64,000 nt of DNA from Sphingobacteriaceae bacterium. Lineage in GTDB: Bacteria > Bacteroidota > Bacteroidia > UBA7662. Position 1 is the stretch's first letter. Every line of letters begins with the position of its first letter. The notes under the pieces were generated by a model, which worked only from the letters and a program-made list of their open reading frames with translations, ran no database searches and was not told where the DNA came from. Both the position numbers and the translations under genes were made by a program. Shown here piece by piece: positions 54,888 to 64,000 of this stretch. The stretch is taken from positions 3,075-67,074 of the forward strand of contig PNNG01000005.1 in the NCBI GenBank assembly GCA_013824115.1, given 5' to 3'.

Positions 54888-56977
54888 AAAAACGACATTT
54901 GATTACGGCAGCGTTGCCCTATGCCAACGGCCCTATCCACATCGGCCATTTGGCGGGATGCTACTTGCCTGCCGATATCTATACCCGCTTTTTGAAAGCC
55001 ACCGGCGAAGAAGTGCTGTTCATTTGCGGCACCGACGAGCATGGTGTGGCCATTGAGCTCAAAGCCCGCAAAGAAAACACCACGCCACAAGCGGTGGTAG
55101 ACAAATATTACGAAGTCATCCGTGACTCTTTCAAAGATTTTGGCATCGACTTCAGCCATTTTTCGCGCACGAGCAGACCCATTCACCACGAAACGGCACA
55201 GGCTTTTTTCAAAAAGCTTTACGACGAAGGTCGGTTCAAGGAAATTGAGACCGAGCAGTATTTCGACGAAGAAGCTGGTCAGTTTTTGGCCGACCGCTAC
55301 ATCATCGGCACTTGTCCGAAATGCGGTCACGACCACGCATATGGCGACCAGTGCGAAAAATGTGGCAGCAGTTTGAGTCCCGACGAGCTTATCAAACCCC
55401 ACTCGGCACTCAGCGGCAAAGCTCCTGTCAAGCGCAAAACCAAAAATTGGTTTTTGCCCATGGACGAGATGGCCGAAGCGCCCGGATTTAAGGAATACGC
55501 CAAGCGCGTAGAGCTTTGGAAAACCAATGTCAAGGGTCAGTTCAACTCGTGGATTCAGCAGGGTTTGCAGCCCCGCAGCATGACACGCGACCTCAAGTGG
55601 GGCATTCCGGTTCCTGTAGCAGGTGCCGAAGGCAAGGTGTTGTATGTGTGGTTCGATGCACCCATCGGATACATCAGCGCTACCCGCGAGTATTTCGAAG
55701 GTCTGGGCCAGCCCGAAGCGTGGAAAACCTGGTGGCAGGACCCGTCGAGCAGCTTGGTGCACTTTATTGGCAAAGACAATATTGTGTTCCACACCATCAT
55801 CTTCCCCATGATTTTGAACGAGCATGGCGGCTACAACCTACCTGATCAGGTGCCCGCCAACGAGTTTTTAAATCTGGAAGGCGACAAGCTCAGCACCTCG
55901 CGCAATTGGGCCATTTGGTTGCACGAATACCTCATCGATTTTCCCGATAAGCAGGATGAGCTGCGTTATACCCTCACCAGCATTGCCCCCGAGACCAAAG
56001 ACAGTGACTTCACTTGGAAAGATTACCAAAGTCGGGTGAATAGCGAGTTGGTGGCCATTTTGGGCAATTTTGTGAACCGTGTGATGGTGCTCACCCACAA
56101 ATTTTTTGAAGGGATGGTGCCTGGCAACAAGCTCAAGCCCGATACGGCCGCCCGCGCAGCCGTGCTCGACGCCATTCGTGCCAACCAGGACGAGGTGGCG
56201 GGTTACCAGCACGAAATGATCCGCTCGCTCAACGATTTCCGTTTCCGCGAGGCCCAGGCCACCATGATGAACATGGCCCGTGCCGGCAATCGTTTTTTGG
56301 CCGAAACCGAGCCCTGGAAGTTGCACAAAACCGATGCGGCTGCTACGGCAGTAATCCTTGATTACGCCTTGCAGTTATGCGCGCAATTGGCTTTGGCTTG
56401 CGAGCCTTTCTTGCCCTTCACCAAGGGAAAGCTGTTACAGCAATTACAATGGGAGCCTGATACGGCAACTCGACGTCAGTGGTGGCGCGAACAGGATGCA
56501 GTTTTTCCACTAGAAGCCGGTCATCAACTGGGACAACCCTTCCTTTTATTCCAAAATATTGAAGACGCCGCCATGGACGCCCAGCGCGCCAGGCTTGTAA
56601 AACCAACGCCCGTGGAAGAAAATACAAAACCCGAATACACCCCACTGAAACCCGAAATCACCTACGACGATTTTGTCAAGCTCGATTTGCGCGTAGGTCA
56701 GGTGATTGCTGCCGAAAAAGTAGTTGGCGCCGATAAACTGCTTCAACTTACTATCGACTTGGGTTTTGAGCAACGTACGGTGGTGAGCGGCATCGCCATG
56801 CATTTTGCCCCAGAGGAGATTGTGGGTGGCAAAGTGACTTTGCTTGCCAATTTGGCTCCCCGGAAGCTGCGTGGCATTATGTCGCAAGGCATGATTCTGA
56901 TGGCCGAAAACAAAGACGGTAAGCTGCTTTTTGTGGCCCCCAATGGATCGGCGGACAATGGTGGCACCATCAGTTGA
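54884..56977 (+). CDS. metG: Methionine--tRNA ligase with C-terminal tRNA-binding domain
   Basis: 697-aa ORF with HIGH (PYANGPIHIGHL), a Zn knuckle (CPKCGHDHAYGDQCEKCG), KMSKS (KLSTSR) and a Trbp111-like C-terminus. ATGA overlap with glyQS. Confidence 0.95.
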   Translation: MKKRHLITAALPYANGPIHIGHLAGCYLPADIYTRFLKATGEEVLFICGTDEHGVAIELKARKENTTPQAVVDKYYEVIRDSFKDFGIDFSHFSRTSRPIHHETAQAFFKKLYDEGRFKEIETEQYFDEEAGQFLADRYIIGTCPKCGHDHAYGDQCEKCGSSLSPDELIKPHSALSGKAPVKRKTKNWFLPMDEMAEAPGFKEYAKRVELWKTNVKGQFNSWIQQGLQPRSMTRDLKWGIPVPVAGAEGKVLYVWFDAPIGYISATREYFEGLGQPEAWKTWWQDPSSSLVHFIGKDNIVFHTIIFPMILNEHGGYNLPDQVPANEFLNLEGDKLSTSRNWAIWLHEYLIDFPDKQDELRYTLTSIAPETKDSDFTWKDYQSRVNSELVAILGNFVNRVMVLTHKFFEGMVPGNKLKPDTAARAAVLDAIRANQDEVAGYQHEMIRSLNDFRFREAQATMMNMARAGNRFLAETEPWKLHKTDAAATAVILDYALQLCAQLALACEPFLPFTKGKLLQQLQWEPDTATRRQWWREQDAVFPLEAGHQLGQPFLLFQNIEDAAMDAQRARLVKPTPVEENTKPEYTPLKPEITYDDFVKLDLRVGQVIAAEKVVGADKLLQLTIDLGFEQRTVVSGIAMHFAPEEIVGGKVTLLANLAPRKLRGIMSQGMILMAENKDGKLLFVAPNGSADNGGTIS

Positions 56978-57035
56978 AGCACTGATTGTCTAAGGGGATG
57001 GTGATTTGTAAAAAAAACTTAATTTGCACCCCTGC

Positions 57036-57818
57036 ATGAAACGCGATGTGTTTGGGTACTATGTATGGGTCAAGCGGTTGATGTATACCGTGGCTGGGCT
57101 CATTTCGTACATTGGGCTCAATGTGCGCAACAAAATGCAGGTGCGAGGCAGCAGGGTTTTGGCCGGCTTGCCCGAGCACAATGTGCTTTTTGTTTCTAAT
57201 CACCAGACGTATTACCGTGATGTAGCTGCCATTCTGCATGTGATATGTGCCGCCAAATGGAAAATTTACGATCGATTACCGCACCCATTTTACCTATTTG
57301 CCCCCGAAACCCGGGTGTATTATGTGGCTGCCGAAGAAACCATGAAAGAAAGCGGCTGGTTGCCAAAGCTGTTCATGTTGGCCGGAGCTATCACTGTAAA
57401 ACGCACTTGGCGCAGCAAAGGGCAAGAAGTAGATAGGGAGGTGGATAGGGCCGATACTGAAAAAATAGATATGGCCTTGTCGAGCGGTTGGGTAATCACC
57501 TTTCCGCAAGGCACTACTAAACCCTTTGCCGAAGGACGCAAAGGCACAGCCCACATCATCAAACAAAACCGCCCGGTGGTTGTGCCGGTGGTTATCAATG
57601 GCTTTCGCAGGGCCTTTAACAAGCAAGGACTGAAGCTGAAAAAGAAGGGAACGCACTTGTCGGTAGAAATTAAAGCTCCCTTAGACATCAATTACGACGC
57701 CTCGGCTGATGAAATTTTGACCCAAATTATGGATGGGATTGAGCAAAGTGAGCGCTACCGTTTTAGGCGGTACACCCGCGAGCAATTGCCTTCTACATCA
57801 GCTTTGCGAAGTAACTAA
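57036..57818 (+). CDS. PlsC-family (lysophospholipid) acyltransferase
   Basis: Acyltransferase motif FVSNHQTYYRDV (HX4D-type) and later FPQGTT. ATG at 57036 preferred over TTG at 57024. Confidence 0.7.
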   Translation: MKRDVFGYYVWVKRLMYTVAGLISYIGLNVRNKMQVRGSRVLAGLPEHNVLFVSNHQTYYRDVAAILHVICAAKWKIYDRLPHPFYLFAPETRVYYVAAEETMKESGWLPKLFMLAGAITVKRTWRSKGQEVDREVDRADTEKIDMALSSGWVITFPQGTTKPFAEGRKGTAHIIKQNRPVVVPVVINGFRRAFNKQGLKLKKKGTHLSVEIKAPLDINYDASADEILTQIMDGIEQSERYRFRRYTREQLPSTSALRSN

Positions 57819-57884
57819 CACAAATAATGCTGTGTTTATGCTTTGTGGCTTATATTTGGAGTTCCACAACTTTAATCAACCTGC

Positions 57885-58592
57885 ATGAAATTGAGATTTA
57901 CTTTACTGTTTAGTGCCCTTTTATATGCGCACTTTGTACAAGCCCAAAGCTTTAGCGAGCGCCTGATTTTACATCGCGGTTTTAGCTTCGGTATGTTTAC
58001 CAGTCCGGCGGCGAAATTTACCGAAACCCCTACACCTGGCCAACAATTCACCAATTCGTACGAATATCCAGCCAGCACATCGCTGTTCTACGGCTTGAAT
58101 TGGGGTGGCCGATTCAATGTCTATGAACTTTCCGCCGAAAAGACCATCAGTATTCACGCGAGCGTTATTGGTTTGGGTTACATTTCCTCGGCCTTTCTAC
58201 AATCAGATCCAGGCGATGTGATGGGTGATTTTGGATATGCGCTTCAAATTCCAATCACGGTTAACTACAATATCGGTCATTTGGCCAGCAGAAGTTCAAG
58301 TGCTGAGCGGGGTTTTGTGATTGGAGCTGGCTTGGAGATAAACCGCTTATTCTCAGCTTGGGAGCGTGAAGTATCCTATAAGAATTATAGTTCTTACAGT
58401 GGTGTTGCCGAAGAGGGTGCTTGGAACTATATGCAGCCCGTACTTAATGTCGGCTATCGCTACTGGAACAGCAACGATAGTCCCCGCGAATTGAACCTTC
58501 AAATTGGCTTTGGTGCCCGCGATCAGCTTTCGTTTGGCACCTTTGCGCGTCCTTCTGCCCGTTTGAGCTTGCTGAAGTACATCAACTACTGA
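57885..58592 (+). CDS. Hypothetical outer-membrane beta-barrel-like protein, paralogue A
   Basis: Signal peptide MKLRFTLLFSALLYAHFVQAQ. Shares blocks with the next gene (LNWGGRFNVYEL, ALQIPITVNYN.GH.A.R.SSAERGF, QPVLN.GYRYWN). Ends in KYINY. Confidence 0.6.
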   Translation: MKLRFTLLFSALLYAHFVQAQSFSERLILHRGFSFGMFTSPAAKFTETPTPGQQFTNSYEYPASTSLFYGLNWGGRFNVYELSAEKTISIHASVIGLGYISSAFLQSDPGDVMGDFGYALQIPITVNYNIGHLASRSSSAERGFVIGAGLEINRLFSAWEREVSYKNYSSYSGVAEEGAWNYMQPVLNVGYRYWNSNDSPRELNLQIGFGARDQLSFGTFARPSARLSLLKYINY

Positions 58593-59275
58593 TGTTTAGG
58601 GCGTTTTTGCTATCCGTCGGCTTGTGGATAGGGGCTTTTTTTGCGCACGGACAAAGCCCAATTGTATTTCACCGAGGCTGGGTTATTGGTAATTATACTA
58701 CGGCACCCTTCTATTTTGCACCCAGTCAGGCCTGGCAATCTACCGAAGACACCCTATCGTACAAGAATAACCGCGGGCTTCAGCTGGGCCTGAATTGGGG
58801 CGCAAGGATAAACCTGTATGAACTCAACAGCCTGCAATCGGTGAGTTTACATCTCGATTTGGTTGGTACAGGATTTATCAGCAACGGATTTATTCGCAAC
58901 GACCGCTTGCCGGATCTGGGTTTGGCGCTACAAATTCCGGTAGTAGTAAACTACAATTGGGGCCATATGGCTACCCGAGAATCATCGGCAGAGCGTGGGT
59001 TTGCCGTGGGTTTGGGGGTTGAAATTAATCGGGTTTTCAGCTTGCTCGAAGCCAGCTCGTTTTATGAAGTGGCAAATCAACGCGGTTTTGCACAAACAGC
59101 AGCGGCTTCCTTTGTTCAGCCCGTGCTCAATTTGGGCTACCGTTATTGGAATAGAAAGGACCGCCCTCGTGAGATAAATCTGCAATTGGGCTTTGGCAAA
59201 ATGTATCGTTTTGAACATGGCAATTCATTCAGGCCTAACCTGCGCATCAGTATGCACAAATACATCAATTACTAA
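58592..59275 (+). CDS. Hypothetical outer-membrane beta-barrel-like protein, paralogue B
   Basis: Signal peptide MFRAFLLSVGLWIGAFFAHGQ. Same conserved blocks and the same KYINY terminus. Its start overlaps the paralogue A stop (cTGATG). Confidence 0.6.
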   Translation: MFRAFLLSVGLWIGAFFAHGQSPIVFHRGWVIGNYTTAPFYFAPSQAWQSTEDTLSYKNNRGLQLGLNWGARINLYELNSLQSVSLHLDLVGTGFISNGFIRNDRLPDLGLALQIPVVVNYNWGHMATRESSAERGFAVGLGVEINRVFSLLEASSFYEVANQRGFAQTAAASFVQPVLNLGYRYWNRKDRPREINLQLGFGKMYRFEHGNSFRPNLRISMHKYINY

Positions 59276-59295
59276 AATGGAGGCATAAAAAAAGA

Positions 59296-59318
59296 GCCGC
59301 TAGCGAAAACTAGCGGCC
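59296..59318. terminator. Bidirectional hairpin terminator within an extended palindrome
   Basis: gccgctag-cgaaaa-ctagcggc, flanked by an A-run upstream and a T-run downstream. The palindrome extends to ggcataaaaaaa...ttttttatgcc (59282-59329). Confidence 0.65.
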
Positions 59319-59322
59319 TTTT

Positions 59323-61749
59323 TTATGCCTTTTTCTTTAGAAAAGGAGCGGCCAGCGCTCCCAAGCAAATCAGCAATAAGAGGATGCTTGCAGCCAAGCT
59401 AATTTTTTCGCCTCTATAGTAGGTATCGGGCTCGAAGCGGAATTCAATTTGGTGTTGGCCGGCTGGAATTACCATCGCACGGAAAAGATAATCTGCCCTG
59501 AAATGTGGTGCCTCTTGCCCATCTACAAAGGCCTTCCAACCCTTTTCATAGTACACTTCCGAAAACACTGCCAATTGCTCGCTGGCAGCAGTAAAATCAT
59601 ACACCAACTTTTCGGGGTGATAAGAAATAAGACGAATACTGGCCGTGCTATCGGGCGTAAAGGATTTGCCCTCTACAAAAGAGGCGAAGCGCTGATCAAC
59701 CACTGCGGTTTGGCGCAATGAAATAGCCGGATTGCCCATGGTGTCGATTTCGGCGCGCGCATTGGGCACCATCAACACATTGCTCACCAGCCAGGCATTT
59801 CCATACGCATCGGGATTAAACTGCGGGATAAGACCCACCCCCTCTTGGTTGGTAATGAAGTAGCGGGTGTTGAAGGCGTTCAGGACCCCCATATTGCCTG
59901 TTTCGAGCCATTGAACTTTTACGTCTTCGTAACGGCTCAACTTAGCAGCGTGGTAACCTCCCAACGATTTGTGGAAGTAGCCTGCACGGTTTTCATTGAA
60001 TGGATTGCGGTTACCGAGGTCATAAACGCGATAGTGCAGGGTGGTATCTTGCAAAATTTGTAAATCGGCGGGGGTAGCTTCAAAGGGCTGCTCCACTTGG
60101 CGCTTGTTTACAAAATCTTCTTCGTTGAGGTAGCGTTTGTTGGTGGCCCATAAGTCGACCGTATTGGCAACCAAAAACACCACTACCATCCGCTGAACAC
60201 TCAGTTTTCCTTGCAAATGATACCAAATGGCACCAAAGCCCAAGGCCACCAAAAGCAATGACTTAATGGCATCGCTGCGTAACATGCTGGCACGGTCTGC
60301 CATCAGGGCATCGGCCAAACCAGGGAAATTGCTAAAGTTGGCATCTACAGGCGCCGTGAAGTCGAAAAATAGCCCGGGAGCCAGCACAAAAAGGGCGCAA
60401 AAACCGCCCACCAAAGCACCGGCGTACATGAGGCCCTTTTTCAACTTTTCCTTCGCAAGCTCACCCGCCTCCATGCGCTTGAGTAAAATCATGGCAAGTA
60501 GGGGAAACGCCAGGCTGGCAATGACCAAACTCATGGCCACGGCCCTGAACTTGTTGTAATAAGGCACATGGTTGAAAAAGATATCGGTAAGCAGTTCAAA
60601 GTTTTTGCCCCAACTCAATACAATCGACAATAAGGCCACACTTCCGAGCCACCATTTAGCTGGACCATCGAGTACAAACAACGCGAGTACAAACAAAAAC
60701 ACAATCAACGCACCGAAATAAGTGGGTCCGGCTACCCCTGGTTGATCACCGAAGTACGTGGGTGCTTGTTTTACGAACGATTGTGCCTGCGCACGCGGTA
60801 CACCTCCCCGTGTAAGTACCTCATAAGTTTCGCTGTTTTCGCCAATACTGCTTCCCGAGGCTCCACCATGAAAGTTAGGGATGAGTATGGTAAAGCTTTC
60901 GGCAATGCCATTGCTCCAGCGCAGGGCATATTCTTTATCGAGCCCGGTAGCACCGCTCTCACCAGCTGCGCGTAATTCAGAGCCGCCGCGCATGGTTTCT
61001 TTACTGTATTCGTTGGTAATGCTGAAGGAGGTGAAATTGGCGGCAACAGCCAATACCAAGGCGGCAACCGATAATCCGCTGGCAGTAGCAAAAAGTGCCA
61101 GTTGCTTTTTGCGCACGAGGTCAATGCCTTTTACCAGCACGTACAAGGCAATCATCATCCCCAAATAGTAGGTGATTTGATAATGGTAAGCATACAGCTG
61201 CAAAGCCAACATGAAAGAAAGCAGCGCAAAACCACTCAAAAACTTGCCTCTGAACAATAAAATTAACGCACCCAATACAGGTGGCATAAAGCCAATGGCA
61301 ATGGCCTTGGTGATGTGCCCCGCATCAATAATAATGAGGTTGTATGTAGAAAACCCAAAAGCAAATGCTCCTAATAATCCTTGCCAAGGCGAAAATCCCA
61401 GCAGCACCATTAACAGGTAAAAGCCCAAGAAATAGAGCAAAAGCAGATTCGCGGGATTGGGAAGCCACTTATACACAATGCCCCCCACTTGGGCAATCCA
61501 CATATTGGGCACATCCATCGCAATTTGATAGGCTGGCATGCCTCCAAACAATGCGTTTGTCCATAACGGATATCGTCCTTCTTTTTCCTTGTAGTCGTTC
61601 AGCTCTTTCGACATGCCCGCAACCTGCGTCATATCTTCCATGCGTAAGCTTTTACCCGTGAGCACCGGGCTGTTGTAAATGATGGCAGCCGCCAACATGA
61701 TTAAGATGACCCACAGGTGTGGCAACCAGTTTTTAAAGTTAATTCCCAT
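59323..61749 (-). CDS. YfhO-family polytopic membrane protein (putative glycosyltransferase)
   Basis: 808-aa ORF with many TM helices in the first two thirds, a large soluble C-terminal domain and a final TM. N-terminus as in Bacteroidota YfhO-like proteins (from memory). Confidence 0.7.
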   Translation of the reverse strand: MGINFKNWLPHLWVILIMLAAAIIYNSPVLTGKSLRMEDMTQVAGMSKELNDYKEKEGRYPLWTNALFGGMPAYQIAMDVPNMWIAQVGGIVYKWLPNPANLLLLYFLGFYLLMVLLGFSPWQGLLGAFAFGFSTYNLIIIDAGHITKAIAIGFMPPVLGALILLFRGKFLSGFALLSFMLALQLYAYHYQITYYLGMMIALYVLVKGIDLVRKKQLALFATASGLSVAALVLAVAANFTSFSITNEYSKETMRGGSELRAAGESGATGLDKEYALRWSNGIAESFTILIPNFHGGASGSSIGENSETYEVLTRGGVPRAQAQSFVKQAPTYFGDQPGVAGPTYFGALIVFLFVLALFVLDGPAKWWLGSVALLSIVLSWGKNFELLTDIFFNHVPYYNKFRAVAMSLVIASLAFPLLAMILLKRMEAGELAKEKLKKGLMYAGALVGGFCALFVLAPGLFFDFTAPVDANFSNFPGLADALMADRASMLRSDAIKSLLLVALGFGAIWYHLQGKLSVQRMVVVFLVANTVDLWATNKRYLNEEDFVNKRQVEQPFEATPADLQILQDTTLHYRVYDLGNRNPFNENRAGYFHKSLGGYHAAKLSRYEDVKVQWLETGNMGVLNAFNTRYFITNQEGVGLIPQFNPDAYGNAWLVSNVLMVPNARAEIDTMGNPAISLRQTAVVDQRFASFVEGKSFTPDSTASIRLISYHPEKLVYDFTAASEQLAVFSEVYYEKGWKAFVDGQEAPHFRADYLFRAMVIPAGQHQIEFRFEPDTYYRGEKISLAASILLLLICLGALAAPFLKKKA

Positions 61750-61761
61750 GTTTATAATGGT

Positions 61762-61998
61762 TTAGCGGATTTCTTCGTAGTCAACATACTCTCCATCTTC
61801 GGTAGAAGCGGGCTTATTTTTTGGGGGTTTGCCCGAAACAAAGACCGAGCCTTCGGGCCTGCGTGGGCCTTCGTGCCGCCTGGCCTGTTGCTCTTGCAGA
61901 CTTTTAAAAATGCTTTTAACAATGGTGGGCAAAAACAGACGCAACAACAAGCGCACTGCCATTACCACCAGGATAAAAATGAGAATGAATTTGAGCAT
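61762..61998 (-). CDS. DUF4834-family small membrane protein
   Basis: N-terminal TM (MLKFILIFILVVMAVRLLL) and a C-terminal ...GEYVDYEEI motif typical of DUF4834 (from memory). Confidence 0.65.
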   Translation of the reverse strand: MLKFILIFILVVMAVRLLLRLFLPTIVKSIFKSLQEQQARRHEGPRRPEGSVFVSGKPPKNKPASTEDGEYVDYEEIR

Positions 61999-62032
61999 GG
62001 CCAAAAATAGGCATTTCAGACCGCAGGCGGTA

Positions 62033-62932
62033 TCAATTTAACCTGATTTGTGTACTTCCTACAAAAGCTGAACTGGAATAAATTTCCAAAGTGTACACAC
62101 CACTTGATAAGTCTAAATCATTAATTTCAAGGGCTATGCGATTGATTTTATCGGCATGAGGGGCAGCCTCTAGAATGAAAGAAGGTATAATGTCGACCTG
62201 ATTTCCTTGCAAACTGATGTCCGACTTTTGATTTTTGAGCAAATTATAAATAGCACCAGCGTCATCAGAGAGCACTACATAATAGGTTTCTGATTTTAGC
62301 TTCAAATATTCATTCCGATCGAGGGGTTCAAAACTAACCACCAATCTTTTGGTTCTACGTGCCTGAGAGGTGATTCTGTCGCCCCTCAAAGCATCCACCC
62401 GGAATGCCCGTCCAACACCTTTATGAATTATAAGGCGGTCGTACTCTTGACGCATTTGTTGCCGCTCCTCCTGCAAATTTTCAAGGTATTGGGCAACCTG
62501 CTGATTTCTTTTGATCAATTCTTCAATGCTCTTGCTCAGGCTTTTGACTTGTTCATCCAGCTGTTTGTTATTTGTTCTCAGCCCACCAAGTTCATCCTTC
62601 ACCTTTCCCAACTCTTCGTTATCGCGGGCGAGGTTGTCGATGGTTAGGTCTTTATCGCGAATTTGTAATTCAGCGCGGTCGAGATAGGTGTTTAGTTTTT
62701 CATTGGCGGCATCAATGCGACTGAACTCTTTTTGCAAAAAGTGCAAATCACGGTCGGTTTCCAGCTTTTCGGCCACCGTTCTTTCTTTCTCTAATTTGGT
62801 TTTTTCCAGGTTCTGTCGCAACTGCTCTCGGTTGAGAAAGAGCATAAAAAAGCCTAAGATGGATGAAACCGAAAATACCACCACACCTGCAACAAGGCCT
62901 GCGAAAATTTTAGAACGTTTGGAATAGTTCAT
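62033..62932 (-). CDS. Hypothetical membrane-anchored coiled-coil protein
   Basis: 299-aa ORF with one N-terminal TM, a heptad-rich Glu/Lys/Leu/Gln region of about 140 aa, and a beta-rich C-terminal domain. AT-richer than its neighbours. Confidence 0.55.
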   Translation of the reverse strand: MNYSKRSKIFAGLVAGVVVFSVSSILGFFMLFLNREQLRQNLEKTKLEKERTVAEKLETDRDLHFLQKEFSRIDAANEKLNTYLDRAELQIRDKDLTIDNLARDNEELGKVKDELGGLRTNNKQLDEQVKSLSKSIEELIKRNQQVAQYLENLQEERQQMRQEYDRLIIHKGVGRAFRVDALRGDRITSQARRTKRLVVSFEPLDRNEYLKLKSETYYVVLSDDAGAIYNLLKNQKSDISLQGNQVDIIPSFILEAAPHADKINRIALEINDLDLSSGVYTLEIYSSSAFVGSTQIRLN

Positions 62933-63029
62933 TACAGCTTTATAGAGTTGTTAAAGAAACAGACTATCTCGCTTATTTACAAGCGGATGACGCCTCTTGC
63001 TCATAATTTTATGAAATCTATGGGCATTT

Positions 63030-64000
63030 TCAAGCGGCCCTCAAAAATACCGTAAATGTGGTGCCCTTTCGAACCACCGACTGTACATGTACTTCGCCCC
63101 CATGCAAGCGTACAATGCGCTCTACCAACGACAAACCTATACCATGACCAGTTATTTCCTGGGCATTACTACTGCGGTAAAAGGGTTGAAATACCTGCTC
63201 CAATTCTGCGGGAGGTATTCCGATGCCATAATCGCGCACTTTCACTTCAATGCCTCCTTCACGCAAGCGCAAATCGGCGAATACTTCATGTTTGGGGCTA
63301 TACTTTACGCCATTGTCTAGTAAATTCTGAAATACCGTGATGAGTAGTTGTTCATTTCCCAGCACTTGTAAGGCTTCGGCATTTTCTATGACCTCGTCGA
63401 TGGTAATATGCACCAAGGCCGTAGCATTACGCGCTTGAATGGCTGCCTGGCTTTGCCATAAAACATCTACCAGCGATACCGGCCTGAACAATCGGGCAGT
63501 GTATGCCGAGTCGGCCTGCGCCAGCATCAATAGCCGATTTGAAATGTGAGTTAACCTCCTGATATCTTCGAGCACGCTTTGTACACCGTCTTTATAGGCG
63601 TTTAAATCGCGTTTTTTCAAGAGCAACACCTCCAGTTGACCCTGCATGGCCGTGAGGGGCGTGCGTAATTCGTGCGAGGCATTGGCCACAAAATTCCGCT
63701 GCATGGCCAAGCTCGATTCAATGCGGTCGAGCATACTGTTGAAGGTAGCTGCCAACTGACTGAGTTCATCTTGGCTTCCTCGGTCCTCCAAGCGCTCGTG
63801 CAAATTCACGAAGGTGATTTTCGACACTTTTTGCATGATGTTGCTGATGGGACGGAGGGCTTGTCCGGCATACACCCAGGCCAACAGCAACACCGCCAAC
63901 AAGCTCATCAGAAACACCGCAATCAATACCCTGCGGAGGTATTGCAGTTGCATGAAACCTGCTTCGTCACGTGCGGCACAAAAAACGACCAAACGATTGT
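63030..64000 (-). CDS. Sensor histidine kinase (N-terminus beyond window edge)
   Basis: HisKA H-box ANASHELRTPLT and HATPase_c N/G boxes (NLLDNGVKYS, DYGIGIP, GHGIGLSLV). The frame is still open at position 64000. Confidence 0.85.
   Translation of the reverse strand, partial: NRLVVFCAARDEAGFMQLQYLRRVLIAVFLMSLLAVLLLAWVYAGQALRPISNIMQKVSKITFVNLHERLEDRGSQDELSQLAATFNSMLDRIESSLAMQRNFVANASHELRTPLTAMQGQLEVLLLKKRDLNAYKDGVQSVLEDIRRLTHISNRLLMLAQADSAYTARLFRPVSLVDVLWQSQAAIQARNATALVHITIDEVIENAEALQVLGNEQLLITVFQNLLDNGVKYSPKHEVFADLRLREGGIEVKVRDYGIGIPPAELEQVFQPFYRSSNAQEITGHGIGLSLVERIVRLHGGEVHVQSVVRKGTTFTVFLRAA

Noticed and set aside
54674-55825. 383-aa ORF antisense to glyQS/metG
   Set aside because: It is a shadow ORF opposite two aminoacyl-tRNA synthetase genes with canonical motifs.

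Overview
This window is a chromosomal segment that looks like Bacteroidota. The evidence is two T9SS-type C-terminal sorting domains, recurrent TAnnTTTG -7 promoter boxes, a UpxY-type NusG paralogue, a MurF-Alr fusion and a CarboxypepD_reg-type TonB-dependent receptor. All family names come from reading the translations and from memory; nothing was searched. Most of the window is housekeeping: ettA, a pyrR-like gene, rimP-nusA-infB, pnuC, chrA, uvrB, murF/alr, manC, a KpsF-type isomerase, recQ, a UDP-xylose synthase, nadB, ahcY, a GDH-family gene, an MscS channel, glyQS-metG, a plsC-like gene, a YfhO-type membrane protein, tRNA-Met(CAT) and tRNA-Gln(TTG). It also holds two M1 peptidases and a PKD-repeat T9SS cargo protein. 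Small, visibly AT-richer accessory cassettes sit directly behind the 3' ends of core genes. (1) A RhuM-family gene behind infB is bracketed by a diverged direct repeat of the infB 3' end plus its terminator hairpin. (2) An antitoxin/PIN cassette behind nadB is bracketed by a 92-bp direct repeat of the nadB 3' end with 4 mismatches, and is followed by a second antitoxin/ParE module. Both toxin genes are broken and both antitoxin genes are intact. (3) A small-protein plus AbiEii-like nucleotidyltransferase pair starts on the base after the stop codon of a DUF4139 gene. No recombinase is present in the window, so this recurring pattern is the best candidate here for an undescribed insertion mechanism. 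Other notable items: a TPP riboswitch driving a lone TonB-dependent receptor; a DUF4139 protein with an inserted receptor-N-terminus-like segment; a MITE-like element filling the uvrB/murF-alr gap; a 78-bp tandem repeat; and a 32-nt repeat upstream of a DUF4143 ATPase that spells three chained 11-codon mini-ORFs. No CRISPR array, rRNA, transposase or integrase was seen.
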